Source of the DNA: a virus
Lineage: Duplodnaviria > Caudoviricetes
IMG/VR virus record: IMGVR_UViG_3300008450_000141
Span: 1 to 38,217 of that record
Strand: one strand, 5' to 3'
Length of the DNA stretch: 38,217 nucleotides
A program made the translations under genes and the position numbers. Shown one piece after another: positions 26,220 through 34,044 of this stretch (its first letter is position 1; each line of letters starts with the position of its first letter). Below the pieces are notes generated by a model. It saw nothing but the letters and a program-made list of their open reading frames with translations, searched no databases and was not told the DNA's origin.

Positions 26220-28490
26220 ATGAGCCAAAGATACCCAGGCGGCTTACTGAGCCGTTCAGCACCCGTAGTTGTTGGTCCCACCGATGGGGAAGGTGGCTCC
26301 GCGTCTGGCGTTTGGACATTAGAACAAGCTGGTGGGTATATCAAGCAAAACCTTTGGCCTAAGCCAATTATTCCAAAGCTTCTTTATGCATGGGGGGACA
26401 ATGCAAAAGGAGCGGTGGGGATTAACACCATTAGCAATATATCATCACCATCGCAAGTAGGTAGTGACACGTCTTGGATAGGTGTATTTGGAGGGTCGCA
26501 ATTTTCTACAGCTTCAAAATCAAATGGTACGCTTTGGTCTTGGGGGTATAACCTTTACGGACAATTAGGCCAAGGAAATGTTACTTATCGTTCATCACCA
26601 GTTCAAATTGGCGCATTAACTACTTGGTTAAAAGCGGCTAGTGGATATCAAGGATTTACAATATCAACAAAATCAGACGGCACGCTTTGGGCATGGGGAA
26701 TAAATAGATGGGGTCAATTAGGGCAGAATAATGACATTTATCGCTCATCTCCAGTACAAGTAGGATCTGGAACCACATGGTTGAATGTTGCTTGTGGTGG
26801 TTATCATGCTTTATCTACCAAGTCAGATGGTACTTTATGGGTTGTTGGCGGCAGAAACCAACATGGACAATTAGGCCAAAACAATTTAGTAGACCTCTCC
26901 TCTCCTGTACAAATAGGCGCAGGGACTACATGGCTAAATGCTGCGGGAGGAACATATTTTTCAGCTGCAATTAAAACAGATGGAACTCTATGGTCATGGG
27001 GACGTAACAATTCTGGCCAACTTGGTCAAAATAATGTTGTTAATCGTTCCTCACCTGTACAAGTTGGAGCTTTAACTAACTGGTCTAACGTTACTTGCTC
27101 AGACAGCTCTATGTTATTACTAAAAACTGACGGTACCTTATGGTCTTGTGGAGCAAGTATATTTGGCCCTTTAGGGGATAATAATTCAATAAACCGTTCA
27201 TCTCCTGTTCAAATTGGCACTCTAACTACGTGGTCTAAAATAGCAAGTGGGTTTTACACATCCTATGCCATTAAAACAGACGGTACTGTTTGGAGTTGGG
27301 GACAAAACAGTAATGGCCAACTAGGGCAAAATAATACTATTAATCGTTCTTCTCCAGTACAAGTTGGGGCATTAACCACATGGACTAGAATATCCGCTAC
27401 ATCTAAAACACCTCTAGCCCTCAACGCCCCATCCCTAGAAGCGTCACCAGCGTTGTTTGCTTGGGGGAATAACGGCTCTGGCCAATTAGGTCAAGGGAAT
27501 CAAATTAATCGCTCCTCGCCCGTTCAAGTTAGTAGCCAATTAGCATGGAGTTCAACTTCATCTGGGGAAGGCTTAACAGTTGCAATTAAAACAAATGGAA
27601 CGTTATGGGCTTGGGGGTTGGGTTCAAGTGGCCAACTTGGGCAAAATGATACAGCAAGTCGTTCTGCTGCATCACAAATAGGCTCATTAGCTACTTGGTA
27701 TAACATATCAGCAAATAATGGATTCGCAAACGCTACAAAAACAGACGGTACTTTGTGGTCATGGGGCGCAAATAATTTTGGTCAATTAGGACAAAATAAC
27801 GTTGTTCTTCTCTCTTCTCCAGTACAGGTAGGAGCATTGACTAATTGGGATAAATTAGCAAGCGGCGGCCAACATACTCTATCAATTAAAACCAATGGCA
27901 CTCTTTGGGCTTGGGGATATAATGTTTTAGGTCAACTTGGCCAAAATGACGCAATTACCCGTTCTTCTCCAGTTCAAGTAGGGGCTGGTACGACGTGGTC
28001 AAAGGTTGCGTGTGGAGCTAATTATTCTTTAGCAATCAAAACAGACGGAACCTTATGGGCTTGGGGTAGCAATGGTGCTGGTGAATTAGGCCAAAACGAT
28101 ATAGTTGCAAGGTCGTCTCCTGTTCAGGTCGGAGCGTTAACTACTTGGGCAAATGCAGCTGGTGGCGAGATAGCTACATTAGCCATTAAGACAGATGGGA
28201 CAATATGGTCTTGGGGAGATAATACTTATGGTCAATTGGGTCAAAATAACGTTATTCTTCGTTCGTCTCCAGTACAGATTGGCGCATTAACTACTTGGTC
28301 TAAAATATCTTCAGGTGGATATTTTTCTCTTGTTACAAAAACCGATGGGACAATATGGTCTTGGGGAAGAAATAATCATGGACAGTTAGGATTTAGTGAC
28401 CTAACATTCAGGTCATCACCAACTCAAGTTGGCGCTCTTACAACATGGACTAACCCAGACGCTGGGTATGATTTTTCTATAGCGTCATAA
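26220..28490 (+). CDS. double RCC1-like beta-propeller (14 repeats)
   Basis: Two blocks of seven repeats separated by the linker LNAPSLEASPA; N-terminus RYPGG...SGVWTL. Confidence 0.85.
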   Translation: MSQRYPGGLLSRSAPVVVGPTDGEGGSASGVWTLEQAGGYIKQNLWPKPIIPKLLYAWGDNAKGAVGINTISNISSPSQVGSDTSWIGVFGGSQFSTASKSNGTLWSWGYNLYGQLGQGNVTYRSSPVQIGALTTWLKAASGYQGFTISTKSDGTLWAWGINRWGQLGQNNDIYRSSPVQVGSGTTWLNVACGGYHALSTKSDGTLWVVGGRNQHGQLGQNNLVDLSSPVQIGAGTTWLNAAGGTYFSAAIKTDGTLWSWGRNNSGQLGQNNVVNRSSPVQVGALTNWSNVTCSDSSMLLLKTDGTLWSCGASIFGPLGDNNSINRSSPVQIGTLTTWSKIASGFYTSYAIKTDGTVWSWGQNSNGQLGQNNTINRSSPVQVGALTTWTRISATSKTPLALNAPSLEASPALFAWGNNGSGQLGQGNQINRSSPVQVSSQLAWSSTSSGEGLTVAIKTNGTLWAWGLGSSGQLGQNDTASRSAASQIGSLATWYNISANNGFANATKTDGTLWSWGANNFGQLGQNNVVLLSSPVQVGALTNWDKLASGGQHTLSIKTNGTLWAWGYNVLGQLGQNDAITRSSPVQVGAGTTWSKVACGANYSLAIKTDGTLWAWGSNGAGELGQNDIVARSSPVQVGALTTWANAAGGEIATLAIKTDGTIWSWGDNTYGQLGQNNVILRSSPVQIGALTTWSKISSGGYFSLVTKTDGTIWSWGRNNHGQLGFSDLTFRSSPTQVGALTTWTNPDAGYDFSIAS

Positions 28491-28505
28491 TTTAAGGAGA
28501 ACGGG

Positions 28506-29198
28506 GTGAAGTCCCTATTTTTTAGCTACGACACTGTCGTAGACAAGGCGTACATTATCAGAGTCGCTGGCAATCAAAACTCTGAGACACAAGCAAAAAG
28601 ATGTTCAGACTCATGCGATACCGTGGGTCAGCCTTGGGAATACTGGGAAGCCTACAACGGTCTCTCTGGTGAAATACAGCCACCAGCCCATCACAATAGC
28701 GTGATGAAGATGATTAAGGTGACAGACCACTACCTAACCCGTGGAGAGGTTGCCTGTGCTCTTTCACATATCAGCCTATGGGCTAAGTGCGTAGAACAGG
28801 ATAAGCCTCTTATCGTTCTAGAGCATGACTCCGTAATGACACAAGCCTTTACGCAACATGGCGTTTATAACTCTATCTGCTTCCTAGGCTCACACGAACA
28901 AGTAAAACAAGGCTGGGGAGTATTTCCTACGCCACCACACGCATCCGAAGGTCCAAACTACCACTTTATCTGTCGCGCACACGCTTATGCAATTGATCCA
29001 GCGGTCGCCAAGAACATGTTAGCGCATGTCTTAAAGTATGGTATCTGCGCTCCACTTGATATACTATTACGTGCAGATATCTTCCCAATTCATCAAATGG
29101 GCGTCTATGCTTATGATGAAAAGGGTGCAGAGACTACAATCTTGAACCGTCCGAAAGCTGGACGAACAACGGAACGTAACGACAACTTGGAGAAATAA
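28506..29198 (+). CDS. GT25-like glycosyltransferase
   Basis: GEVACALSH.SLW...VLEHD...AHAY.I.P..AK...PLD. Confidence 0.75.
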   Translation: MKSLFFSYDTVVDKAYIIRVAGNQNSETQAKRCSDSCDTVGQPWEYWEAYNGLSGEIQPPAHHNSVMKMIKVTDHYLTRGEVACALSHISLWAKCVEQDKPLIVLEHDSVMTQAFTQHGVYNSICFLGSHEQVKQGWGVFPTPPHASEGPNYHFICRAHAYAIDPAVAKNMLAHVLKYGICAPLDILLRADIFPIHQMGVYAYDEKGAETTILNRPKAGRTTERNDNLEK

Positions 29199-29777
29199 AT
29201 GAAATTCACCGTGCTGTTTCATGAGTACGCACAGCAAAGCATTACAAGTTTGGTAAATAAATTCGGTGTTCCAAAGGTAGTTATAGAGATAGGATTGTTT
29301 GAGGGTAATACGACCTTTAACCTAACTCAAGAGATGGTTAAGCGTTACCCAGATTATAAGCACTATGCGATTGACCCGTATGGTGCCTCAGCCGACCTAC
29401 CTAACGAGGTGGTCAACGAAGCTGAAGTATTATTTAAAGCTAACTTAGAAGAGTTTGAGCATAAAGGCAACATAGAGTTTATGCAGATGACCTCTAAGGA
29501 CGCGCTACTGGAGTTATACACTCGTGGCGTGAAGGCTGACTTGATTTACATTGATGGCGACCACAGGGCTTCAGCCGTGTTAGAAGACCTAGTTATGGGG
29601 TTCAATCTACTCAATGACGGCGGTATTATGCTATGCGATGACTGCATTGCTTGGCGTCATGAGCGTTTACAGGATAACCCTAAGCTAGCGGTGGACAGCT
29701 TCTTAAACTGCTACTGGGACAAGGTGGCTGTAGAACAATTAGATAACGGATATCAGATAGCAATACGTAAGCTATGA
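29199..29777 (+). CDS. class I SAM-dependent methyltransferase (Methyltransf_24-like)
   Basis: IEIG.FEG, IDP, DLIYIDGDH, GG....DD. Confidence 0.8.
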   Translation: MKFTVLFHEYAQQSITSLVNKFGVPKVVIEIGLFEGNTTFNLTQEMVKRYPDYKHYAIDPYGASADLPNEVVNEAEVLFKANLEEFEHKGNIEFMQMTSKDALLELYTRGVKADLIYIDGDHRASAVLEDLVMGFNLLNDGGIMLCDDCIAWRHERLQDNPKLAVDSFLNCYWDKVAVEQLDNGYQIAIRKL

Positions 29778-30181
29778 AAATACTGATTATGGGACTGCCT
29801 GGCGCTGGTAAAACAACGCTAGCCAAAGCACTAGCGAAGAAGCTATCTGCGACGCACTATAATGCTGACTATGTCCGCAAGCTGCACGATGACTGGGACT
29901 TCTCAGCGGAAGGCAGAATACGTCAAGCAACAAGGCTTGGTGAGTTATGTGATGCCGCCGAGACAGAGCATGTTATTGCTGACTTTGTTTGCCCTACTAG
30001 CGAGACGCGTAGAGCCTTCGGTGAAGCCTTTATCATATGGGTAGACCGTATTGATGCTGGTAGGTATGCTGATACTAACAAGCTATTTGAGCCGCCAACG
30101 ATTGTTGATGTGGTGGTGCCAGAAGGCATGTTAGTGGACGAAGAGGTCTCAATGATTCTGCATGAGATTGAGCGCAGATGA
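29774..30181 (+). CDS. cysC: adenylyl-sulfate kinase-like P-loop kinase (compact)
   Basis: GLPGAGKTT, NAD.VR, DFS.EGR.RQ..R, FEPP. Confidence 0.7.
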   Translation: MKILIMGLPGAGKTTLAKALAKKLSATHYNADYVRKLHDDWDFSAEGRIRQATRLGELCDAAETEHVIADFVCPTSETRRAFGEAFIIWVDRIDAGRYADTNKLFEPPTIVDVVVPEGMLVDEEVSMILHEIERR

Positions 30182-30561
30182 TAGTTTTTACTAACGGTTG
30201 CTTTGACGTACTGCATAGAGGCCACATAGACTACCTTAAAGCCTCGAAAAAGGCTGGGGACTACTTGGTGGTAGGGTTGAACTCAGACGCGTCTGTAAAG
30301 CGTTTAAAAGGCGAAACAAGGCCAATCAACAACCAAGAAGACCGCAAGGCTATGTTATTAGAGTTGCGCTGTGTCGATGAAGTGATTATCTTTGACGAAG
30401 ACACACCGCTAGAGTTGATTAAAAAAGTTAACCCAGACATCGTGACTAAAGGCGGTGACTACAAACTAAAGGACGTAGTGAGTAACGGTAAGCCCATCAT
30501 CATATTTCCATTGATGGCAGGATACTCCACGACAAAGCTATGCGGCTTGATGGGGTTGTAA
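30178..30561 (+). CDS. hldC: heptose-1-phosphate adenylyltransferase (HldE C-terminal domain)
   Basis: FTNGCFDVLHRGH, VVGLNSDASV.RLKG..RPIN, KGGDY, STT. Confidence 0.88.
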   Translation: MIVFTNGCFDVLHRGHIDYLKASKKAGDYLVVGLNSDASVKRLKGETRPINNQEDRKAMLLELRCVDEVIIFDEDTPLELIKKVNPDIVTKGGDYKLKDVVSNGKPIIIFPLMAGYSTTKLCGLMGL

Positions 30562-30905
30562 AGAAGGGCTGGGGTTCAGAGGAAATCTGGGCTACGAATG
30601 AAAAGTATTGCGGCAAGCTGATGCACTTTAATGCTGGCGCTAAGTTCTCAATGCACTTTCATTCAGCCAAGGACGAGACATGGTATGTCCAGTCTGGCAA
30701 GTTTAAGGTAGTGATAATTAACACTAGGGATGCAAGTAGGAGTGAGTTTACGCTCAACCCAAGCGACACTTGGCATAACCCACCGTTAGTGCCACACCAA
30801 CTGATTTGCATAGAGGCTGGGACGATTATAGAGGTCTCTACAGCGGATAGCGTAGAAGACAACTACCGCGTAGAAGTAGGGGACAGCCAATGCGAGTCTT
30901 GGTAA
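30540..30905 (+). CDS. cupin-fold sugar isomerase-like protein
   Basis: KGWG.E...SMHFH..KDETWYV..G...H. Confidence 0.7.
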   Translation: MRLDGVVKKGWGSEEIWATNEKYCGKLMHFNAGAKFSMHFHSAKDETWYVQSGKFKVVIINTRDASRSEFTLNPSDTWHNPPLVPHQLICIEAGTIIEVSTADSVEDNYRVEVGDSQCESW

Positions 30906-31594
30906 TTGGCGATGCGTGTATAGACGAGTACCGGTATGGTGAGATTCACAGGGTGAATCCCGAATCAACTGCACCATTGCTAAACTTTGTGAAGAAAGAC
31001 GAACGCTTAGGGATGGCCTACAATGTATGGAACAACCTGGAGAGTTTAGGTATTGAAGCTGACTTGGTGGCGCCTAATGAGCTGTCACGTAAGATACGGT
31101 ATGTGGACTTAAAGACGCATGAGCACTTGTTACGGGTTGACTATAACGTGAACTGCATACCTTACGTACCACAAGAAGAGTATGACTATGATGCGATTGT
31201 AATATCGGATTATAACAAAGGGTTTATTACTACAGAAGCGGTTAAATCTATACGCAGTGCCTTCAAGGGTCAGATGTATATGGACACCAAGAAGACAGAC
31301 TTAGCGAAGTTTAACGGAATTATGCTTAAAATTAATGAATTAGAGTACCACAATGCGCAGACACTTAATGACAATTATGTAGTAACTAGAGGCGCAAAGG
31401 GTTGTATATACACAGGTGTAGAGTATCCGGTAGAGCCGATTGAGGTAGTAGATGTCTGTGGTGCAGGCGATGTGTTCCTAGCTGCGATGGTAGCTGAACA
31501 CTTAAGAACTAATAATATAGGCCGGGCGTTAACGTATGCTAATAAAAAAGCCGCGCTGTCTTGTACTAAGCTAGGAACCGTATGCGTATCCTAG
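30890..31594 (+). CDS. hldA: heptose-7-phosphate kinase (HldE N-terminal PfkB domain)
   Basis: VIGD...D.Y..G...R.NPE, ISDYNKG, VTRG.KG, DVCGAGD. Confidence 0.82.
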   Translation: MRVLVIGDACIDEYRYGEIHRVNPESTAPLLNFVKKDERLGMAYNVWNNLESLGIEADLVAPNELSRKIRYVDLKTHEHLLRVDYNVNCIPYVPQEEYDYDAIVISDYNKGFITTEAVKSIRSAFKGQMYMDTKKTDLAKFNGIMLKINELEYHNAQTLNDNYVVTRGAKGCIYTGVEYPVEPIEVVDVCGAGDVFLAAMVAEHLRTNNIGRALTYANKKAALSCTKLGTVCVS

Positions 31595-32352
31595 TCACGG
31601 GGCATAAAGGGTTTATAGGGCAGAACATGATGGAGGCGTTGGCCGATCATGAGCTGACAGGTTACGAGTGGGGCGATGAGCCATACAGCCTAGACAGCAT
31701 AGACCGTGTGATTCACCTTGGCGCTATCAGTAGCACTGCCTGCACGGATGTAGAAGCACTTCGAGAACAGAACGTGCGGTTTAGTTTTGACTTGATTGGT
31801 CAATGCATTGAGCGCAGAATACCGATACAAATGGCATCGAGTGCTAGCGTATACGGGCGTGACAATACAACGTTCAAGGAAACAGACGAACCTGCGCCTA
31901 ACACATTGTATGCGCACAGTAAATTATTAGCAGAATTAAGGTATAATCTGCACAAACTGCCTAGCACGGTACAGTTTTTTAGGTACTTTAATGTGTATGG
32001 CAAGTTTGAGGACCATAAGGGCGACCAAGCGTCACCTTACAGCAAGTTTAGAAAACAGGCTGAGACAGGTACAATAAAGTTGTTTGAGGGAAGTAATAAC
32101 TTCCGCCGAGACTTTGTGCCAGTAGAGACTGTGATAGATGTGCATAAAAAGTTCTTTGACATAACCGAGTCTGGGGTATGGAACGTAGGCACCGGAGAGG
32201 CTAAGTCATTTGAGGCCGTAGCGCAACAGATTGCCGCTGAGACAGGGGCTAAGATAGAAGAGATACCAATGCCTGAGCATTTGCGTGGTGGATATCAAGC
32301 ATACACACAGGCTGATTTAACAAAGTTAACTAATACATTAGGAGTGCGATAA
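31582..32352 (+). CDS. hldD: ADP-L-glycero-D-manno-heptose 6-epimerase
   Basis: TG..GFIG, HLGA.SST, ASSASVYG, YxxSK, RYFNVYG..E.HKG..AS, RDFV, YQ.YTQADL. Confidence 0.85.
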   Translation: MRILVTGHKGFIGQNMMEALADHELTGYEWGDEPYSLDSIDRVIHLGAISSTACTDVEALREQNVRFSFDLIGQCIERRIPIQMASSASVYGRDNTTFKETDEPAPNTLYAHSKLLAELRYNLHKLPSTVQFFRYFNVYGKFEDHKGDQASPYSKFRKQAETGTIKLFEGSNNFRRDFVPVETVIDVHKKFFDITESGVWNVGTGEAKSFEAVAQQIAAETGAKIEEIPMPEHLRGGYQAYTQADLTKLTNTLGVR

Positions 32353-32699
32353 TGGAAAACGTAGAAACCGCAAGAGAGTCAGCAAGTAGATTTATTGGCA
32401 AGTACGGTATGCCTTTGATTGTGTTTTTAGTATGCGTAGGCGTATTTGCAGCGTCATTTTTATCATCAGAAGCATTAACGCCTGTAATTGGTTTGGTTGC
32501 TACAGCGGCAATGGCTTTGATTGGTATTCTAACTGGCATTACAGGAACACAAGATAAGCCTGATCGCCCTGAGATTGATGTAATTAAAGACTTAGTTGCT
32601 CGTTTAGACAAAGTAGATGTACCAATGTCTGTTGTTGTAGAGGGTGACAAAGTTACCGTAACAAAAGGCTCTGACAGCATCATCACGAAAGGAAAATAA
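32352..32699 (+). CDS. two-TM membrane protein (holin-like)
   Basis: Two hydrophobic helices; next to the endolysin. Confidence 0.5.
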   Translation: MENVETARESASRFIGKYGMPLIVFLVCVGVFAASFLSSEALTPVIGLVATAAMALIGILTGITGTQDKPDRPEIDVIKDLVARLDKVDVPMSVVVEGDKVTVTKGSDSIITKGK

Positions 32700-33196
32700 T
32701 GTTATCTATATTATCAGGTCTACTGGGTATTGCTTCTTCAAGCTTACCAAACATATTAGGGTTCTTCCAACAAAAGGCTGACCAAAAGCACGAGTTGGCA
32801 ATGATGATGCAGCAGAAAGAACGTGACTTAGCTATGGCTCAAGCCGGCTTTGCATCGCAAGAGAAGATTGCCGCTATTGAGTACGAAAGCACTTTAGCTG
32901 AAACATACACAAGAGAGCGTGAAGCTTTATACTCTCACGATAAAACGATTGTCGAAGGTGCTGGATCTTTTGTCCGTAACCTTAATGCGGCTGTACGCCC
33001 TGTCATTGCTTTTACCTTTGTATTTGAGTTGGTTGCCATTAACTTTATTGGCTTGTGGTGGGCAATACGTACAGATGTAGATTTCTTGATTGCCTTACGT
33101 GAAGTGTTTGGCTCTGATGAAATGGCGATTTTAAGTTCGATTATTGGCTTCTACTTTGGCTCACGTCAATGGGAAAAGCATAATGAAAGTAAGTGA
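32699..33196 (+). CDS. 3TM holin-like protein
   Basis: N-terminal hydrophobic helix, D.KHEL, VRP...F, FYFG.R; overlaps endolysin start. Confidence 0.65.
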   Translation: MLSILSGLLGIASSSLPNILGFFQQKADQKHELAMMMQQKERDLAMAQAGFASQEKIAAIEYESTLAETYTREREALYSHDKTIVEGAGSFVRNLNAAVRPVIAFTFVFELVAINFIGLWWAIRTDVDFLIALREVFGSDEMAILSSIIGFYFGSRQWEKHNESK

Positions 33197-33692
33197 AGAA
33201 GGTCTCAAACTGCTAAAGCACCACGAGGGTTTTCGTAAGAAGCCCTATCAGTGTGCCGCTAAAATCTGGACGATAGGCTACGGCCATGCAATGTACCCAG
33301 AGCAGATGAAGATACCTGCTACCTTGGAGGGAATGGCCTTACGTAAAGCATTCCCGTTGAACGCAGAAGATAACCGAGTATGGAGTAAAGAGGAAATTGG
33401 CGCACTATTGGTTAAGGATGTCGTACGATTTGAGCGAGCGATCAAGCGTTTTATTAGTGTACCGCTTAGACAATGTGAATTTGATGCTCTTGTATCTGCT
33501 GTTTATAATCTTGGTCCTGGCTGGCTGCAAAGAAGTCCCGTTCGTCAAAAGATTAATCGCGGCGACAAAAAAGGTGCTATGGCGAGTTTACTCAAGTATA
33601 ATAAAGGTGGCGGCGTAGTCCTTAGAGGGCTAGATAACCGTCGTAAAGACGAAGCTGCAATGTTTATGAGAGAAGAATATGGCGTTATCTAA
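33183..33692 (+). CDS. endolysin, GH24 lysozyme
   Basis: E-x8-C-x5-T triad (HEGFRKKPYQCAAKIWTIGYGH), FDALVS..YN.G, GL..RR..E; start ATG 33183. Confidence 0.92.
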   Translation: MKVSEEGLKLLKHHEGFRKKPYQCAAKIWTIGYGHAMYPEQMKIPATLEGMALRKAFPLNAEDNRVWSKEEIGALLVKDVVRFERAIKRFISVPLRQCEFDALVSAVYNLGPGWLQRSPVRQKINRGDKKGAMASLLKYNKGGGVVLRGLDNRRKDEAAMFMREEYGVI

Positions 33693-34044
33693 ACTAGTAT
33701 TCAAACCAGGGATCAATAAAGATCAGACTAATTACGCGTCTGAGGGTGGCTGGTTTGATATGGATAAGGTACGCTTCCGTTCAGGCTTTCCTGAAAAGAT
33801 AGGTGGCTGGCTTAAATCGACTATCATTCCTTTTGTAGGTATCTGTCGGTCTTTATTTAACTGGATCACCAGCGACGGCAATAACTTGATGAGTATTGCC
33901 ACGAATAAGAAAATATATGTTGAGGCTGGGGGTAATATCTATGACATTACACCTGTTAGAGCGACATTTGTCTTTGAGTCAAATCCTGTTACAGGCGTAA
34001 CAGCTACAAACGCTATAGGCAACGTTACGGTGACAACAGTATGA
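33679..34044 (+). CDS. N-terminal part of a tail nozzle / tubular B-like protein (split gene)
   Basis: F.PGINK..T.Y..EGGW...DKVRFR.G.PEKIGGW...DITPVR, followed by an appended tag. Confidence 0.6.
   Translation: MALSKLVFKPGINKDQTNYASEGGWFDMDKVRFRSGFPEKIGGWLKSTIIPFVGICRSLFNWITSDGNNLMSIATNKKIYVEAGGNIYDITPVRATFVFESNPVTGVTATNAIGNVTVTTV

Noticed and set aside
21780-28490. RCC1 repeats as a CRISPR array or diversity-generating retroelement
   Set aside because: Repeats are in-frame, degenerate at third positions, about 150 nt period; no cas gene, reverse transcriptase or adenine-specific TR/VR pair seen.
33978-34044. Programmed -1 frameshift rejoining the nozzle halves
   Set aside because: Frames are compatible but there is no X XXY YYZ heptamer; the ATGA overlap favours translational coupling.
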